DNA of 64,000 nucleotides from a virus. How positions within the stretch are numbered: position 1 is the stretch's first letter; each line of letters starts with the position of its first letter. This document shows, piece after piece, positions 21,254-28,717 of this stretch. The notes beneath the pieces are model-generated. The model was not told the DNA's origin. It ran no database searches and was given only the letters and a program-made list of their open reading frames with translations. The stretch is taken from the IMG/VR virus record IMGVR_UViG_3300025652_009361, positions 1 to 64,000 of that record; one strand, 5' to 3'. The position numbers and the translations under genes are program-made.

Positions 21254-21599
21254 TAAATAATCCATACTGTATATAATAATGAATAGGTGGGCGGCTGTCA
21301 AATAATATTTATCTGATTTCACCTATTTCAGGAGGCTGGCTTATTTTTTTTTGTTTTTTATTTATATTGATTTTTGTTAATGTTTATTGATTTTTATTAA
21401 ATAGGGGGAGGGGTATGGGTTTTATTTTTTATTGGCTGGGTTTAGTTTGTCTGAAAATGAATTACATATTGAAGAAAGTGTCCCCCCACCGTATATAGAA
21501 ATGTCAATAACAAAATTATTTTAAAAAAAGGGTAGGGGTTGGCACAGATAATGAGGGGGGGAGGGGGTCCACATGTGTAAAAGTAATTGAAACTTTTTC

Positions 21600-21634
21600 T
21601 TGCATACAAATAAAAATTAAGCTACATTATAACC
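21600..21634 (+). promoter_or_regulatory. Sigma70-type promoter, leaderless
   Basis: TTGCAT-N17-TACATT-N6-ATG; the same geometry recurs before 21905, 22354, 22680, 25195 and 25802. Confidence 0.75.
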
Positions 21635-21841
21635 ATGGAAAACGAAATGACAAACACCTTAGGACACACAGGACAGATTGACAATATCATGTTTCAAATG
21701 GAAGAGATGAACTTGATCCCCATGATGAAAGGAGACTTCAATATCGTAGACGAAATGAGAAGCCACTTCGGAGAGGAAAAGTTCCTTGACTTTCTCAAGG
21801 ATACTGTCAGAGTTTGGGACATGAACATTGAAACCAAATAA
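21635..21841 (+). CDS. Hypothetical early protein
   Basis: Own promoter, 68 aa. Confidence 0.7.
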   Translation: MENEMTNTLGHTGQIDNIMFQMEEMNLIPMMKGDFNIVDEMRSHFGEEKFLDFLKDTVRVWDMNIETK

Positions 21842-21904
21842 AAATAATGATACTTTTTTTAAAAAAACGCTTGTATTATCCTGAAAAACTGTCATACTAT
21901 AAGC

Positions 21905-22045
21905 ATGAAAGATAAAGAATTCAAACAATTCCTAGCACGAACCGCAGCCAAAAAATTAGCAAGAGACAAGGCCTCACGCAAACACTTGGACGGATTGAGA
22001 TCTTGGGAGCTGGGAAAAAATAACCACTCTTTTTCCTTGCGTTAA
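21905..22045 (+). CDS. Small basic early protein (46 aa, not in track)
   Basis: TTGTAT-N16-CATACT-N6-ATG; MKDKEFKQFLARTAAKKLARDK... Confidence 0.6.
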   Translation: MKDKEFKQFLARTAAKKLARDKASRKHLDGLRSWELGKNNHSFSLR

Positions 22046-22075
22046 TCTTTAAAACTGACATAATATTAACAAGAC

Positions 22076-22300
22076 ATGAGAGATATGAAAGAAGATGAGC
22101 CTAGTAAGTTAAGAGCCACGCTTGACCAGATCAAGAAAGATGCATTTGAAGCTGGATTCCACGCTGGTTGGGATTATCTGACGACTGTGCTCCACACAGA
22201 GGCACCAAAGGTCGAAGGCCACCGAACCCCTATCCGGGAAGAAGCATATATGGTCTACGCGAGCGAAGAAAACGAGCGCATCGCTCGGCGACAAACCTAA
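22076..22300 (+). CDS. Hypothetical early protein
   Basis: Own TTGCGT promoter; 74 aa. Confidence 0.65.
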   Translation: MRDMKEDEPSKLRATLDQIKKDAFEAGFHAGWDYLTTVLHTEAPKVEGHRTPIREEAYMVYASEENERIARRQT

Positions 22301-22353
22301 GATGAAGCATTCTTTTTCCTTGCAATATCCTGAAAAACTGTTAAATTTATATC

Positions 22354-22644
22354 ATGAAAGTTAACAAGGATACTAAAACAGGCATGGTCACTTACACTAT
22401 GCCAAACGGCAAAACCTTTTCAGCGGCATATAAACATGCAGCTTATTGTGTCGCCTGTGATGGCGATGAAGTCCCTTCCACATGGAACGGCAAAACATAC
22501 ATCTATATGTATGATTGGAAAAATCGTCATCATGATTACTATTGTTTTGAGGACGATATCTCAACTGATGTTGCACCGTGGGAAGTTATGGGAGTTCGCC
22601 ATGTCGGAGATCCGATATATGCGACAGCAATGCGAGAAATATAA
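22354..22644 (+). CDS. Hypothetical early protein
   Basis: TTGCAA-N16-TAAATT-N6-ATG; 96 aa. Confidence 0.7.
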   Translation: MKVNKDTKTGMVTYTMPNGKTFSAAYKHAAYCVACDGDEVPSTWNGKTYIYMYDWKNRHHDYYCFEDDISTDVAPWEVMGVRHVGDPIYATAMREI

Positions 22645-22679
22645 TTTGACAATAACCTTTAATCTGTTATCTTATACGT

Positions 22680-23120
22680 ATGAAAGCAATATTACTTTAT
22701 GTCCTTATTCTATCCCAATCAATCTCGGCACTGGCTTCATCAATTACAAATGAACAAAAAATTGTGGCAATCACGCTACTTGCAGAAGCAAGAGGAGAGG
22801 GTAACAATGGAATGGGCGCGGTTTGTGCCGTTATTCAACAACGAGCAATCGAAAGAAAACAAACAGCAAAACAAGTCTGTTTAGCCAAATGGCAGTTTTC
22901 ATGCTGGAATGGCAAGAGTTTAAAGGATCTTGAATACTTGCTTGACTTACCACAGGCAAAGATGGCAATATACTTTGCGAAGAATGTTAGCTCAATGAAT
23001 CGTGCTTTGGTTGGTTACAGCAACCACTATCACGCAACATGGATGAAAAAGAAACCTTATTGGGCAAAAGGTCAAAAGCCTGTCGCCAAGATCGGACGCC
23101 ACATTTTTTATAAATTATAG
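22680..23120 (+). CDS. SleB/Hydrolase_2-family cell wall hydrolase with signal peptide
   Basis: LLAEARGEG, QFSCWN, HYHA, IGRHIFY; hydrophobic N-terminus. Confidence 0.85.
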   Translation: MKAILLYVLILSQSISALASSITNEQKIVAITLLAEARGEGNNGMGAVCAVIQQRAIERKQTAKQVCLAKWQFSCWNGKSLKDLEYLLDLPQAKMAIYFAKNVSSMNRALVGYSNHYHATWMKKKPYWAKGQKPVAKIGRHIFYKL

Positions 23121-23178
23121 TTGACTTTCTCCCCTAACTTGGTTTATTGTTGTATGTTTGGTTATGTCATGAGTACAA

Positions 23179-23208
23179 GGAGGGAGCTTCGGCTCCCTCT
23201 CTTTTTTT
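23179..23208 (+). terminator. Intrinsic terminator
   Basis: GAGGGAGC-ttcg-GCTCCCTC followed by a T-tract. Confidence 0.85.
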
Positions 23209-23233
23209 ATTATATAATATAAATTATATTCTG

Positions 23234-23337
23234 TAAGCCCCTCTGTATGAACGACTTACGCAAAGCGCCCCCGGGGGCAGACGTAAGTCCTTGATAATCA
23301 ACGACTTACAAAAGATACGATACAAGAAACGTGCCAA
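23234..23337. repeat. 75-bp cassette A (palindrome 25 / GC core 25 / palindrome 25) plus minus-strand sigma54-like site
   Basis: TAAGCCCCTCTGTATGAACGACTTA / CGCAAAGCGCCCCCGGGGGCAGACG / TAAGTCCTTGATAATCAACGACTTA; TTGGCACG-TTTC-TTGTA on minus at 23321-23337. Confidence 0.9.
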
Positions 23338-23369
23338 CCTTACCCTCAAAAAAAGTTTCACTTTTTTAG

Positions 23370-23407
23370 GGGTTGGACCGTAAATGTCCTACCCTTTGTG
23401 CTATGAT
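23370..23407 (+). promoter_or_regulatory. Palindrome promoter 1
   Basis: GGGTTGGAC-N7-GTCCTACCC-N7-TATGAT-N6-ATG. Confidence 0.8.
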
Positions 23408-23413
23408 AATCTT

Positions 23414-23614
23414 ATGAAAAATCAAAAGGTTTACATGGTCCCCGTCAACTTCGGCAGCGCATTCTGCCTGTGCGAGCAGGTCGAGTTTCCGATTGACCGT
23501 GAGACAGGTGGCCTCTGTGCTGCTATTGACTTTGCCGAATCCAAAAAATCAAATGTGTATCTGAAAAATCAAAAGACAGGCGTCCTGTCTTTGGTTTGGA
23601 AGAGCAAAAAATAA
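23414..23614 (+). CDS. Hypothetical early protein (start corrected from 23384)
   Basis: ATG 6 nt after the -10 box, as in neighbouring genes. Confidence 0.7.
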   Translation: MKNQKVYMVPVNFGSAFCLCEQVEFPIDRETGGLCAAIDFAESKKSNVYLKNQKTGVLSLVWKSKK

Positions 23615-23628
23615 TCACACTTTTTTAG

Positions 23629-23666
23629 GGGTTGGACCATAAATGTCCTACCCTTTATGCTATAAT
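23629..23666 (+). promoter_or_regulatory. Palindrome promoter 2
   Basis: GGGTTGGAC-CATAAAT-GTCCTACCC-N7-TATAAT. Confidence 0.8.
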
Positions 23667-23672
23667 TGAACC

Positions 23673-23888
23673 ATGAAAACAACGAAAGACTTCAATATGT
23701 CCCTTTACTACGGCATCATCACTTCAGCCTCAAGTCACAAGCGTCTGCTTGAGGACGAGCAAAAGAAAGCTCTTTCAAACGAAAGAAAAGATTACTTAAA
23801 AGAAAAGATCTCAGAACAAGATCATATAATACAAACACTGGAGAATAATTCCTCGGTTTTCCTTAACGCATCTATTGATAACATATAA
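23673..23888 (+). CDS. Hypothetical coiled-coil early protein
   Basis: 71 aa, leaderless start. Confidence 0.7.
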   Translation: MKTTKDFNMSLYYGIITSASSHKRLLEDEQKKALSNERKDYLKEKISEQDHIIQTLENNSSVFLNASIDNI

Positions 23889-23911
23889 TAAAAATAATTA
23901 CACTTTTTTAG

Positions 23912-23949
23912 GGGTGGGACGACAAATGTCCTACCCCATATGCTAAGAT
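23912..23949 (+). promoter_or_regulatory. Palindrome promoter 3
   Basis: GGGTGGGAC-GACAAAT-GTCCTACCC-N7-TAAGAT. Confidence 0.8.
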
Positions 23950-23955
23950 AATATC

Positions 23956-24099
23956 ATGAACAATAACAATATGACAATAAAAAATGACGACACCCTTTCA
24001 GTTTGCTGCTGCGGCTGTGGCGAAAACTCGCAAATCACCCGCGATGAGGCCGACGAATGGACCAATATCGATGGGTTCATGTGCCACGAATGCGAATAA
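23956..24099 (+). CDS. Small zinc-finger protein (47 aa, not in track)
   Basis: ...VCCCGCGE...GFMCHECE; leaderless start after promoter 3. Confidence 0.7.
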   Translation: MNNNNMTIKNDDTLSVCCCGCGENSQITRDEADEWTNIDGFMCHECE

Positions 24100-24117
24100 T
24101 TAATGCACTTTTTTTAG

Positions 24118-24155
24118 GGGTGGGACGGCAAATGTCCTACCCCACCTGATACAAT
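24118..24155 (+). promoter_or_regulatory. Palindrome promoter 4
   Basis: GGGTGGGAC-GGCAAAT-GTCCTACCC-N7-TACAAT. Confidence 0.8.
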
Positions 24156-24184
24156 AATACCAACAACAACACTAGAAATATATT

Positions 24185-24415
24185 ATGAATAAAATCGAAA
24201 ACCAAAAATTCACCTTCATCTATCAATCTGAAAATGGGAACGTTGACACCTATGTCACTTCCGCACCGATTGAAAATCACCGTCATCACTTCATTGCTTA
24301 TAAGTATAAGCAGGAAGGGCAAGTGTCTGGCACTCGCAGATTCAACAAGGTGAATCTGCTCTCCCATATTCATTGCAATAACACTGGAGAAAATATCCCA
24401 ATCCCGCGCTGGTAA
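24185..24415 (+). CDS. Small WYL/SH3-like protein, paralog of 25454-25651
   Basis: FTFIYQSENG...YVTSAPI...FIAYKY...GTRRF. Confidence 0.55.
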   Translation: MNKIENQKFTFIYQSENGNVDTYVTSAPIENHRHHFIAYKYKQEGQVSGTRRFNKVNLLSHIHCNNTGENIPIPRW

Positions 24416-24422
24416 TGTCAAG

Positions 24423-24450
24423 AAAAAAGCTCCCAAAAGGGAGCTTTTTT
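24423..24450. terminator. Bidirectional intrinsic terminator
   Basis: AAAAAAGCTCCC-aaaa-GGGAGCTTTTTT. Confidence 0.85.
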
Positions 24451-24460
24451 CACGCTTAGG

Positions 24461-24566
24461 TTGGCACGGCAGCTGCTCTAGCTAACACCCCTAAGTTGTT
24501 GCATAGCAACGACTTACGTCTGCCCCCGGGGGCGCTTTGCGTAAGTCTTTGATGATCAACGGTTTA
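24461..24566. repeat. Sigma54-like site plus 75-bp cassette B
   Basis: TTGGCACG-GCAG-CTGCT at 24461; cassette 24492-24566, whose core is the exact reverse complement of the cassette A core. Confidence 0.9.
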
Positions 24567-24578
24567 TGAATTATATAA

Positions 24579-24956
24579 TTATAGTAAAGTATAAATTTGG
24601 GCTTTATTATCTTTTACTTTTAGAAAAGTTTTATAAGCTTTTGTAATAGGTTTTTTATTATACTTTAATACAAAGGAATTATATTTATAAGGATCATATG
24701 TTGTTTCTATAGCTTCGCTGGGCACAGGATAGCAAAGATCCAGATTGCCAACCACAAAGGCATGAACATTTTTTGTTTGCTCGCGCAGAACTCTTCTTCT
24801 GCCTCCTTGCTGAACCCTGAATTCAGGATCATTCAATGACAAGCCGTAAGAATAATCTATAACTTTTCCTGTCTTTATATTAACTACAGAAAACAGCTTG
24901 CGATGCAGATTGAAGTAAACTTTAACTTTGATATCGATGTCCCAAAAAGTTGCCAT
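24579..24956 (-). CDS. Conserved phage hypothetical protein (VYFNLH...KNVHAFV family); start corrected from 25007
   Basis: Recognisable widespread phage motif; the only minus-strand gene I accept inside the early region. Confidence 0.7.
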   Translation of the reverse strand: MATFWDIDIKVKVYFNLHRKLFSVVNIKTGKVIDYSYGLSLNDPEFRVQQGGRRRVLREQTKNVHAFVVGNLDLCYPVPSEAIETTYDPYKYNSFVLKYNKKPITKAYKTFLKVKDNKAQIYTLL

Positions 24957-25016
24957 TCCAAAATAATACAATAACAATAGAACAAAGCAATAAAAATCTT
25001 TTTTCAAGTTTCTTTG

Positions 25017-25054
25017 GGGTTGGACCGTAAATGTCCTACCCTATATGCTACAGT
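25017..25054 (+). promoter_or_regulatory. Palindrome promoter 5
   Basis: GGGTTGGAC-CGTAAAT-GTCCTACCC-N7-TACAGT-N6-ATG of a 14-codon ORF. Confidence 0.75.
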
Positions 25055-25194
25055 TGAAGTATGAAAAATAACAATATGATATTAAATCCTGAATGGTCCC
25101 GATGAAGGAAAAATGACCACCGTTTTTCTTAATCAAATAGAAAAATAATCACTCTGAGCTTGACAAACAATAAAAAATAAACTAAATTACTTGT

Positions 25195-25428
25195 ATGAAC
25201 AAAGACGTTGAAAACTTCCACTCCAAAGAACTAGAATCTTTTGCCATTACTGGCTATCTCGCTGCACTAAGTGGTAGACTAGAATCCCTTGCCGATGGTC
25301 TAAATAATTACCCTTCAAATGGTAATGAATTCTACGTTGAACGAATAGATAAGATGAGCAAATCACTTGAAGAGGTTCGCAATTTCCTTTACAATAAAAA
25401 AACCAGTTACATTAACCTCAATAAATAA
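25195..25428 (+). CDS. Hypothetical early protein
   Basis: TTGACA-N17-TAAATT-N6-ATG. Confidence 0.7.
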   Translation: MNKDVENFHSKELESFAITGYLAALSGRLESLADGLNNYPSNGNEFYVERIDKMSKSLEEVRNFLYNKKTSYINLNK

Positions 25429-25453
25429 TAATAAACAGAAAGCGAAAAATACT

Positions 25454-25651
25454 ATGCAATTCCCAACTGAAAAATACACGTTCGTTTACAAGCGTCAAGA
25501 TGGAACCGTCAATACTTATGTGACCTCTGCTCCCATCGTTGACAAATCTCATTACTTCACTGCCTACAAATATAGCGGAGAGCACCAGCAATATGGGATC
25601 CGTTCCTTTGCTAAGGGTGGGATCATTGGTAAAATCCAACGGGTTGACTAA
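25454..25651 (+). CDS. Small WYL/SH3-like protein (start corrected from 25367)
   Basis: YTFVYKRQDG...YVTSAPI...FTAYKY...GIRSF; paralog of 24185-24415. Confidence 0.55.
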   Translation: MQFPTEKYTFVYKRQDGTVNTYVTSAPIVDKSHYFTAYKYSGEHQQYGIRSFAKGGIIGKIQRVD

Positions 25652-25659
25652 CCCCTTTT

Positions 25660-25734
25660 GGGCTGGTAGCTCAATGGTAGAGCAGCGGCCTTTTAAGCCG
25701 TTGGTTGTGAGTTCGAGTCTCACCCAGCCTACCA
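25660..25734 (+). tRNA. tRNA-Lys(UUU)
   Basis: GGGCTGG/CCAGCCT acceptor stem, anticodon loop CTTTTAA, GTTCGAGT T-loop, encoded CCA. Confidence 0.95.
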
Positions 25735-25801
25735 TTTAATTATATAATTAATAATTAAAACTTTTTCTTGCAATAACCTAAGAATAGACTATATTTTAAC
25801 T

Positions 25802-25933
25802 ATGGAAAACATGATGAACGACGAACTCCACAACTACGAGCCAACATGCGAGGAACTCTACCCCGCAGATTTTAACCATTCTGAATATCAGGAATGGGTA
25901 GATTCAACCCACGCCAGCACAGAAGAGTCGTAA
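25802..25933 (+). CDS. Very acidic 43-aa early peptide (not in track)
   Basis: TTGCAA-N16-TATATT-N6-ATG; MENMMNDELHNYEPTCEELYPADFNHSEYQEWVDSTHASTEES; terminator-like hairpin follows. Confidence 0.65.
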   Translation: MENMMNDELHNYEPTCEELYPADFNHSEYQEWVDSTHASTEES

Positions 25934-25983
25934 AAAACCTTGACAAGGAGGGCGCTTCGGACCTCTCTTTTTTTAAGCTTAGG

Positions 25984-26089
25984 TTGGCACGTCATCTGCT
26001 TTAGCTAACACCCCCAAGTTGTTGCATAGCAACGACTTGCGCAAAGCGCCCCCGGGCGCAGCCGTAAGTCCTTAATAATCAACGACTTA
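25984..26089. repeat. Sigma54-like site plus 75-bp cassette C
   Basis: TTGGCACG-TCAT-CTGCT; cassette 26015-26089. Confidence 0.9.
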
Positions 26090-26100
26090 GAGCCACAAAC

Positions 26101-26241
26101 TATATAATTAGATATAATTAAATATAATTTACATTATATATTATTTGTTATTTATGTATTTGGGGTTTAACATTCATTATTTGCGTATTTAAGGGTTGAC
26201 ATTAGTTATTTATTATTTACGTATTTATTGTTTAACATTGA
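26101..26241. repeat. AT-rich direct repeats
   Basis: Three NATATAATTW decamers, then three ~29-bp units TTATTTRYGTATTT....TTRACATT. Confidence 0.65.
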
Positions 26242-26280
26242 TTATTTATTAAATATTAGGCTTTACAGGTTATTAAATAT

Positions 26281-26520
26281 GTGATTAAATTGTTGGATAT
26301 GAAAAAACCCAAGACAATAGACATCACTCCAACATGGGAATCGCTCGCACCAGTAATGATAGATATCATTAGAAACCCTGACGCACCTTTTAAATCAATT
26401 GAAAACGCCAAAAACGAATTGCTAAGAATGGCAAGAGTGGCAGACAAATACATTGAAATAAGCTCATACAAAGATGGCGAATGTGTTGAACAGTATGTTG
26501 ACTTAAAGGATTCAGAATGA
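26281..26520 (+). CDS. Hypothetical protein (IDITPTW family)
   Basis: First gene of an overlapping-gene operon; start may be the Met at 26299. Confidence 0.65.
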   Translation: MIKLLDMKKPKTIDITPTWESLAPVMIDIIRNPDAPFKSIENAKNELLRMARVADKYIEISSYKDGECVEQYVDLKDSE

Positions 26521-26819
26521 ATTTAGAAATTATTACTAATAATGTTCCAAGGGATTTATTGTATCCTTATGAACTCTCAGAGAAAGATTGGGAAGACACT
26601 TGTTACGATGAAAAAGATCGGCAACGAGCAGAGCAGGAGGGAGACACTTTTATTAAATATAAAAATTATGTTTATTCTCTTGCTGATTTTATGAGAGTAG
26701 AAGATAATTCCTCTTTCAAGGGTTGGCATGGGTATTTATCAGAAACATTCTTTTCTGGAATATTAATTAAGTATTGTGAAGATACTGCTCAAGTTGTATT
26801 AGGAAGATATTATTCATAA
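26517..26819 (+). CDS. Conserved phage hypothetical protein
   Basis: IITNNVPR...WHGY.SETFFSG pattern; ATGA overlap. Confidence 0.7.
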   Translation: MNLEIITNNVPRDLLYPYELSEKDWEDTCYDEKDRQRAEQEGDTFIKYKNYVYSLADFMRVEDNSSFKGWHGYLSETFFSGILIKYCEDTAQVVLGRYYS

Positions 26820-26836
26820 ACAAATAGGAGACTGAT

Positions 26837-27232
26837 ATGGGATTAGATCAAATGGCATACAGGATAAAACGTGGAATTATCAATGAAGAAGTTCCATATA
26901 ATAAAAAAACAAATGGTCTTGATGAAAACCCTGATAGTGGTTTTGAAGAGATTAGTACTTGGCGCAAACATTATGAGCTAGATGATTGGATGACAGACCT
27001 GTATTGGAAGAAGGGGGGAAAGGGTAACGATGGCATGTTCAATTGCTGTTGGATGAAATTAAATCTAGAGGATTTGGACGAACTTGAAGGTTTGGTTTTT
27101 ATGGGCGAAATATCATATAGCGATTGGCCTTCGGAAATAGAAAGTCAAAAGGAATGTGATTTAGAGTTTATTAAAAAAGCTAAGAAAATCATTGAAGATG
27201 GTTTTGATGTGTTTTATTCTAATTGGTGGTAA
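26837..27232 (+). CDS. Conserved phage hypothetical protein (MGLD...WRKH family)
   Basis: MGLDQMAY...WRKH...FYSNWW; AGGAG upstream. Confidence 0.75.
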   Translation: MGLDQMAYRIKRGIINEEVPYNKKTNGLDENPDSGFEEISTWRKHYELDDWMTDLYWKKGGKGNDGMFNCCWMKLNLEDLDELEGLVFMGEISYSDWPSEIESQKECDLEFIKKAKKIIEDGFDVFYSNWW

Positions 27233-27236
27233 TAAT

Positions 27237-27500
27237 ATGAAAGAAGAAAAAATCACAACTTTTACATACGCTGATTTAAGTAAACAAGATTTGGTTGATG
27301 AAATTGCGTGGCGAGCATTAATGGTTCAACCAAAAGATGTTTACATGGAATGGTTAGATGGTGAAGTTTGCAATGTCGAAGAGTTAATTGCTTTGTTTGA
27401 TTACTTAAATGATAAATTGAATCGCAGCACTAGTAGAGATATGGCAGACATGTATAGGGAAGATTTCATGGAAAAACTTAAAATAGAAAAATTATTATGA
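27237..27500 (+). CDS. Hypothetical protein (start corrected from 27192)
   Basis: MKEEKITT start follows the previous stop. Confidence 0.6.
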   Translation: MKEEKITTFTYADLSKQDLVDEIAWRALMVQPKDVYMEWLDGEVCNVEELIALFDYLNDKLNRSTSRDMADMYREDFMEKLKIEKLL

Positions 27501-27685
27501 AAGAAGTTTATTTTAAAGATGGAGAATCCACAATTGATTCTATTTTAGCGGAATGGGAGACTCAAATTAGAAAAAGTAAAGATGAAAATCTTAATAGAAG
27601 TTTTTATCAACTTCAAGATTCTTTTGCGAGATTTAAAGTAGAACTTATTAGACAGGGTTATAAAGGATATTTTTCAAATGACTAG
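27497..27685 (+). CDS. Hypothetical protein
   Basis: 62 aa, overlapping operon packing. Confidence 0.6.
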   Translation: MKEVYFKDGESTIDSILAEWETQIRKSKDENLNRSFYQLQDSFARFKVELIRQGYKGYFSND

Positions 27686-27839
27686 AAACTTTAAAACTAT
27701 TTACCTTACGATAGCAGTGCAAGTTGAAGACACTGCCGATTGTCTAGAAGTGGTCGAAGATTTAGATTATAATATTAAACATCCTAAAATCATTGATTCA
27801 GAAATTATTGAACATCAAGTATGGGAGGAAGAAATATGA
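27678..27839 (+). CDS. Hypothetical acidic 53-aa protein (not in track)
   Basis: MTRNFKTIYLTIAVQVEDTAD...; fills the operon gap with overlaps at both ends. Confidence 0.55.
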   Translation: MTRNFKTIYLTIAVQVEDTADCLEVVEDLDYNIKHPKIIDSEIIEHQVWEEEI

Positions 27840-28069
27840 GAAAGTATATTGAAACCTATATGGCAGATAAAAATACAAAGTTTGCCGATAAGATGTTTGA
27901 TAAAGCATTGATTGGTTATGACTTTAATGGTCAAGTTTATTATGACCATCACAAAATGACAGTCATGCTTAAAAAAACAGGATTGACAGACAGTGAAGTT
28001 AATGAGAAAATATTGCTTTTAATCGCTAAAGACAAAATAAACATTATTGTTATCCCTAAAAAGTTATGA
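27836..28069 (+). CDS. Hypothetical protein; resembles 38501-38767
   Basis: FADKMFDKALIGYD...YYD resembles FADGFDDALIGID...VYD. Confidence 0.6.
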   Translation: MRKYIETYMADKNTKFADKMFDKALIGYDFNGQVYYDHHKMTVMLKKTGLTDSEVNEKILLLIAKDKINIIVIPKKL

Positions 28070-28239
28070 GCAGAAAAACAGTTGTTTTAGAAAATATTGA
28101 CATGGCATTACTTTCTCAACAAAAACGTGACCTATTAGATATTATTGCGGACCACAAGGAAAACTCCCCAAAAATTAAAAGCCTAGATGGGTTACTTCAC
28201 ATGATAGACTATATACAAGATAAGATAGAAAAAGGGTAA
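28066..28239 (+). CDS. 57-aa protein, tandem paralog 1 (not in track)
   Basis: NIDMALLSQQKRDLLDI...SLDGLLHMIDYIQD. Confidence 0.7.
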   Translation: MSRKTVVLENIDMALLSQQKRDLLDIIADHKENSPKIKSLDGLLHMIDYIQDKIEKG

Positions 28240-28240
28240 T

Positions 28241-28414
28241 ATGAAAAATATTGATACAGAATTATTGTCTCAGCAGAAAAATGATTTAATTGATATTGTT
28301 GGATTCCTTGAGATATCTTTGAAGGACCATCCTGAGTCACATACGGAAACTTGGATTGCAAGTTTGGATGGATTGCTTAACATGATAGATGATATACAAG
28401 ACAATGGTTGGTAA
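28241..28414 (+). CDS. 57-aa protein, tandem paralog 2 (not in track)
   Basis: NIDTELLSQQKNDLIDI...SLDGLLNMIDDIQD. Confidence 0.7.
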   Translation: MKNIDTELLSQQKNDLIDIVGFLEISLKDHPESHTETWIASLDGLLNMIDDIQDNGW

Positions 28415-28426
28415 AAAAACATTAAT

Positions 28427-28717
28427 ATGAAAAAACTAATACACAGACCTGTTGAAGACTACGACCAAAAAGTTTTCTTTGAAAATGAAGAGCAATTTTC
28501 TGATTGGGTAAGTTGCCAAGAAAGAGGAACTTTATTTGCTGCGGATGATCATAACAATGTCTATACAGTTATGTGCATGGATGGTGATGCTCCATGGGCA
28601 ATATGCTATCTAAGGGGATTCAGGACATTAACATTTAAAGTTTTAGTAAGAGATTTTGAATTGTCTTGGATTGATAACGACCAAATGCTCCACCTGATAG
28701 ATATATGTGAAGATTAA
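28427..28717 (+). CDS. Hypothetical protein
   Basis: 96-aa ORF in operon. Confidence 0.6.
   Translation: MKKLIHRPVEDYDQKVFFENEEQFSDWVSCQERGTLFAADDHNNVYTVMCMDGDAPWAICYLRGFRTLTFKVLVRDFELSWIDNDQMLHLIDICED

Noticed and set aside
25061-25105. 14-codon ORF after palindrome promoter 5
   Set aside because: Its start resembles the 23956 gene (ATGAAMAATAACAATATGA) but it stops early; probably a relic of promoter duplication, so not called as a CDS.
25418-25739. ORFs 25418-25735 (-) and 25539-25739 (+), likewise 43477-43746 (+)
   Set aside because: They overlap clear tRNA genes or better-supported CDSs.
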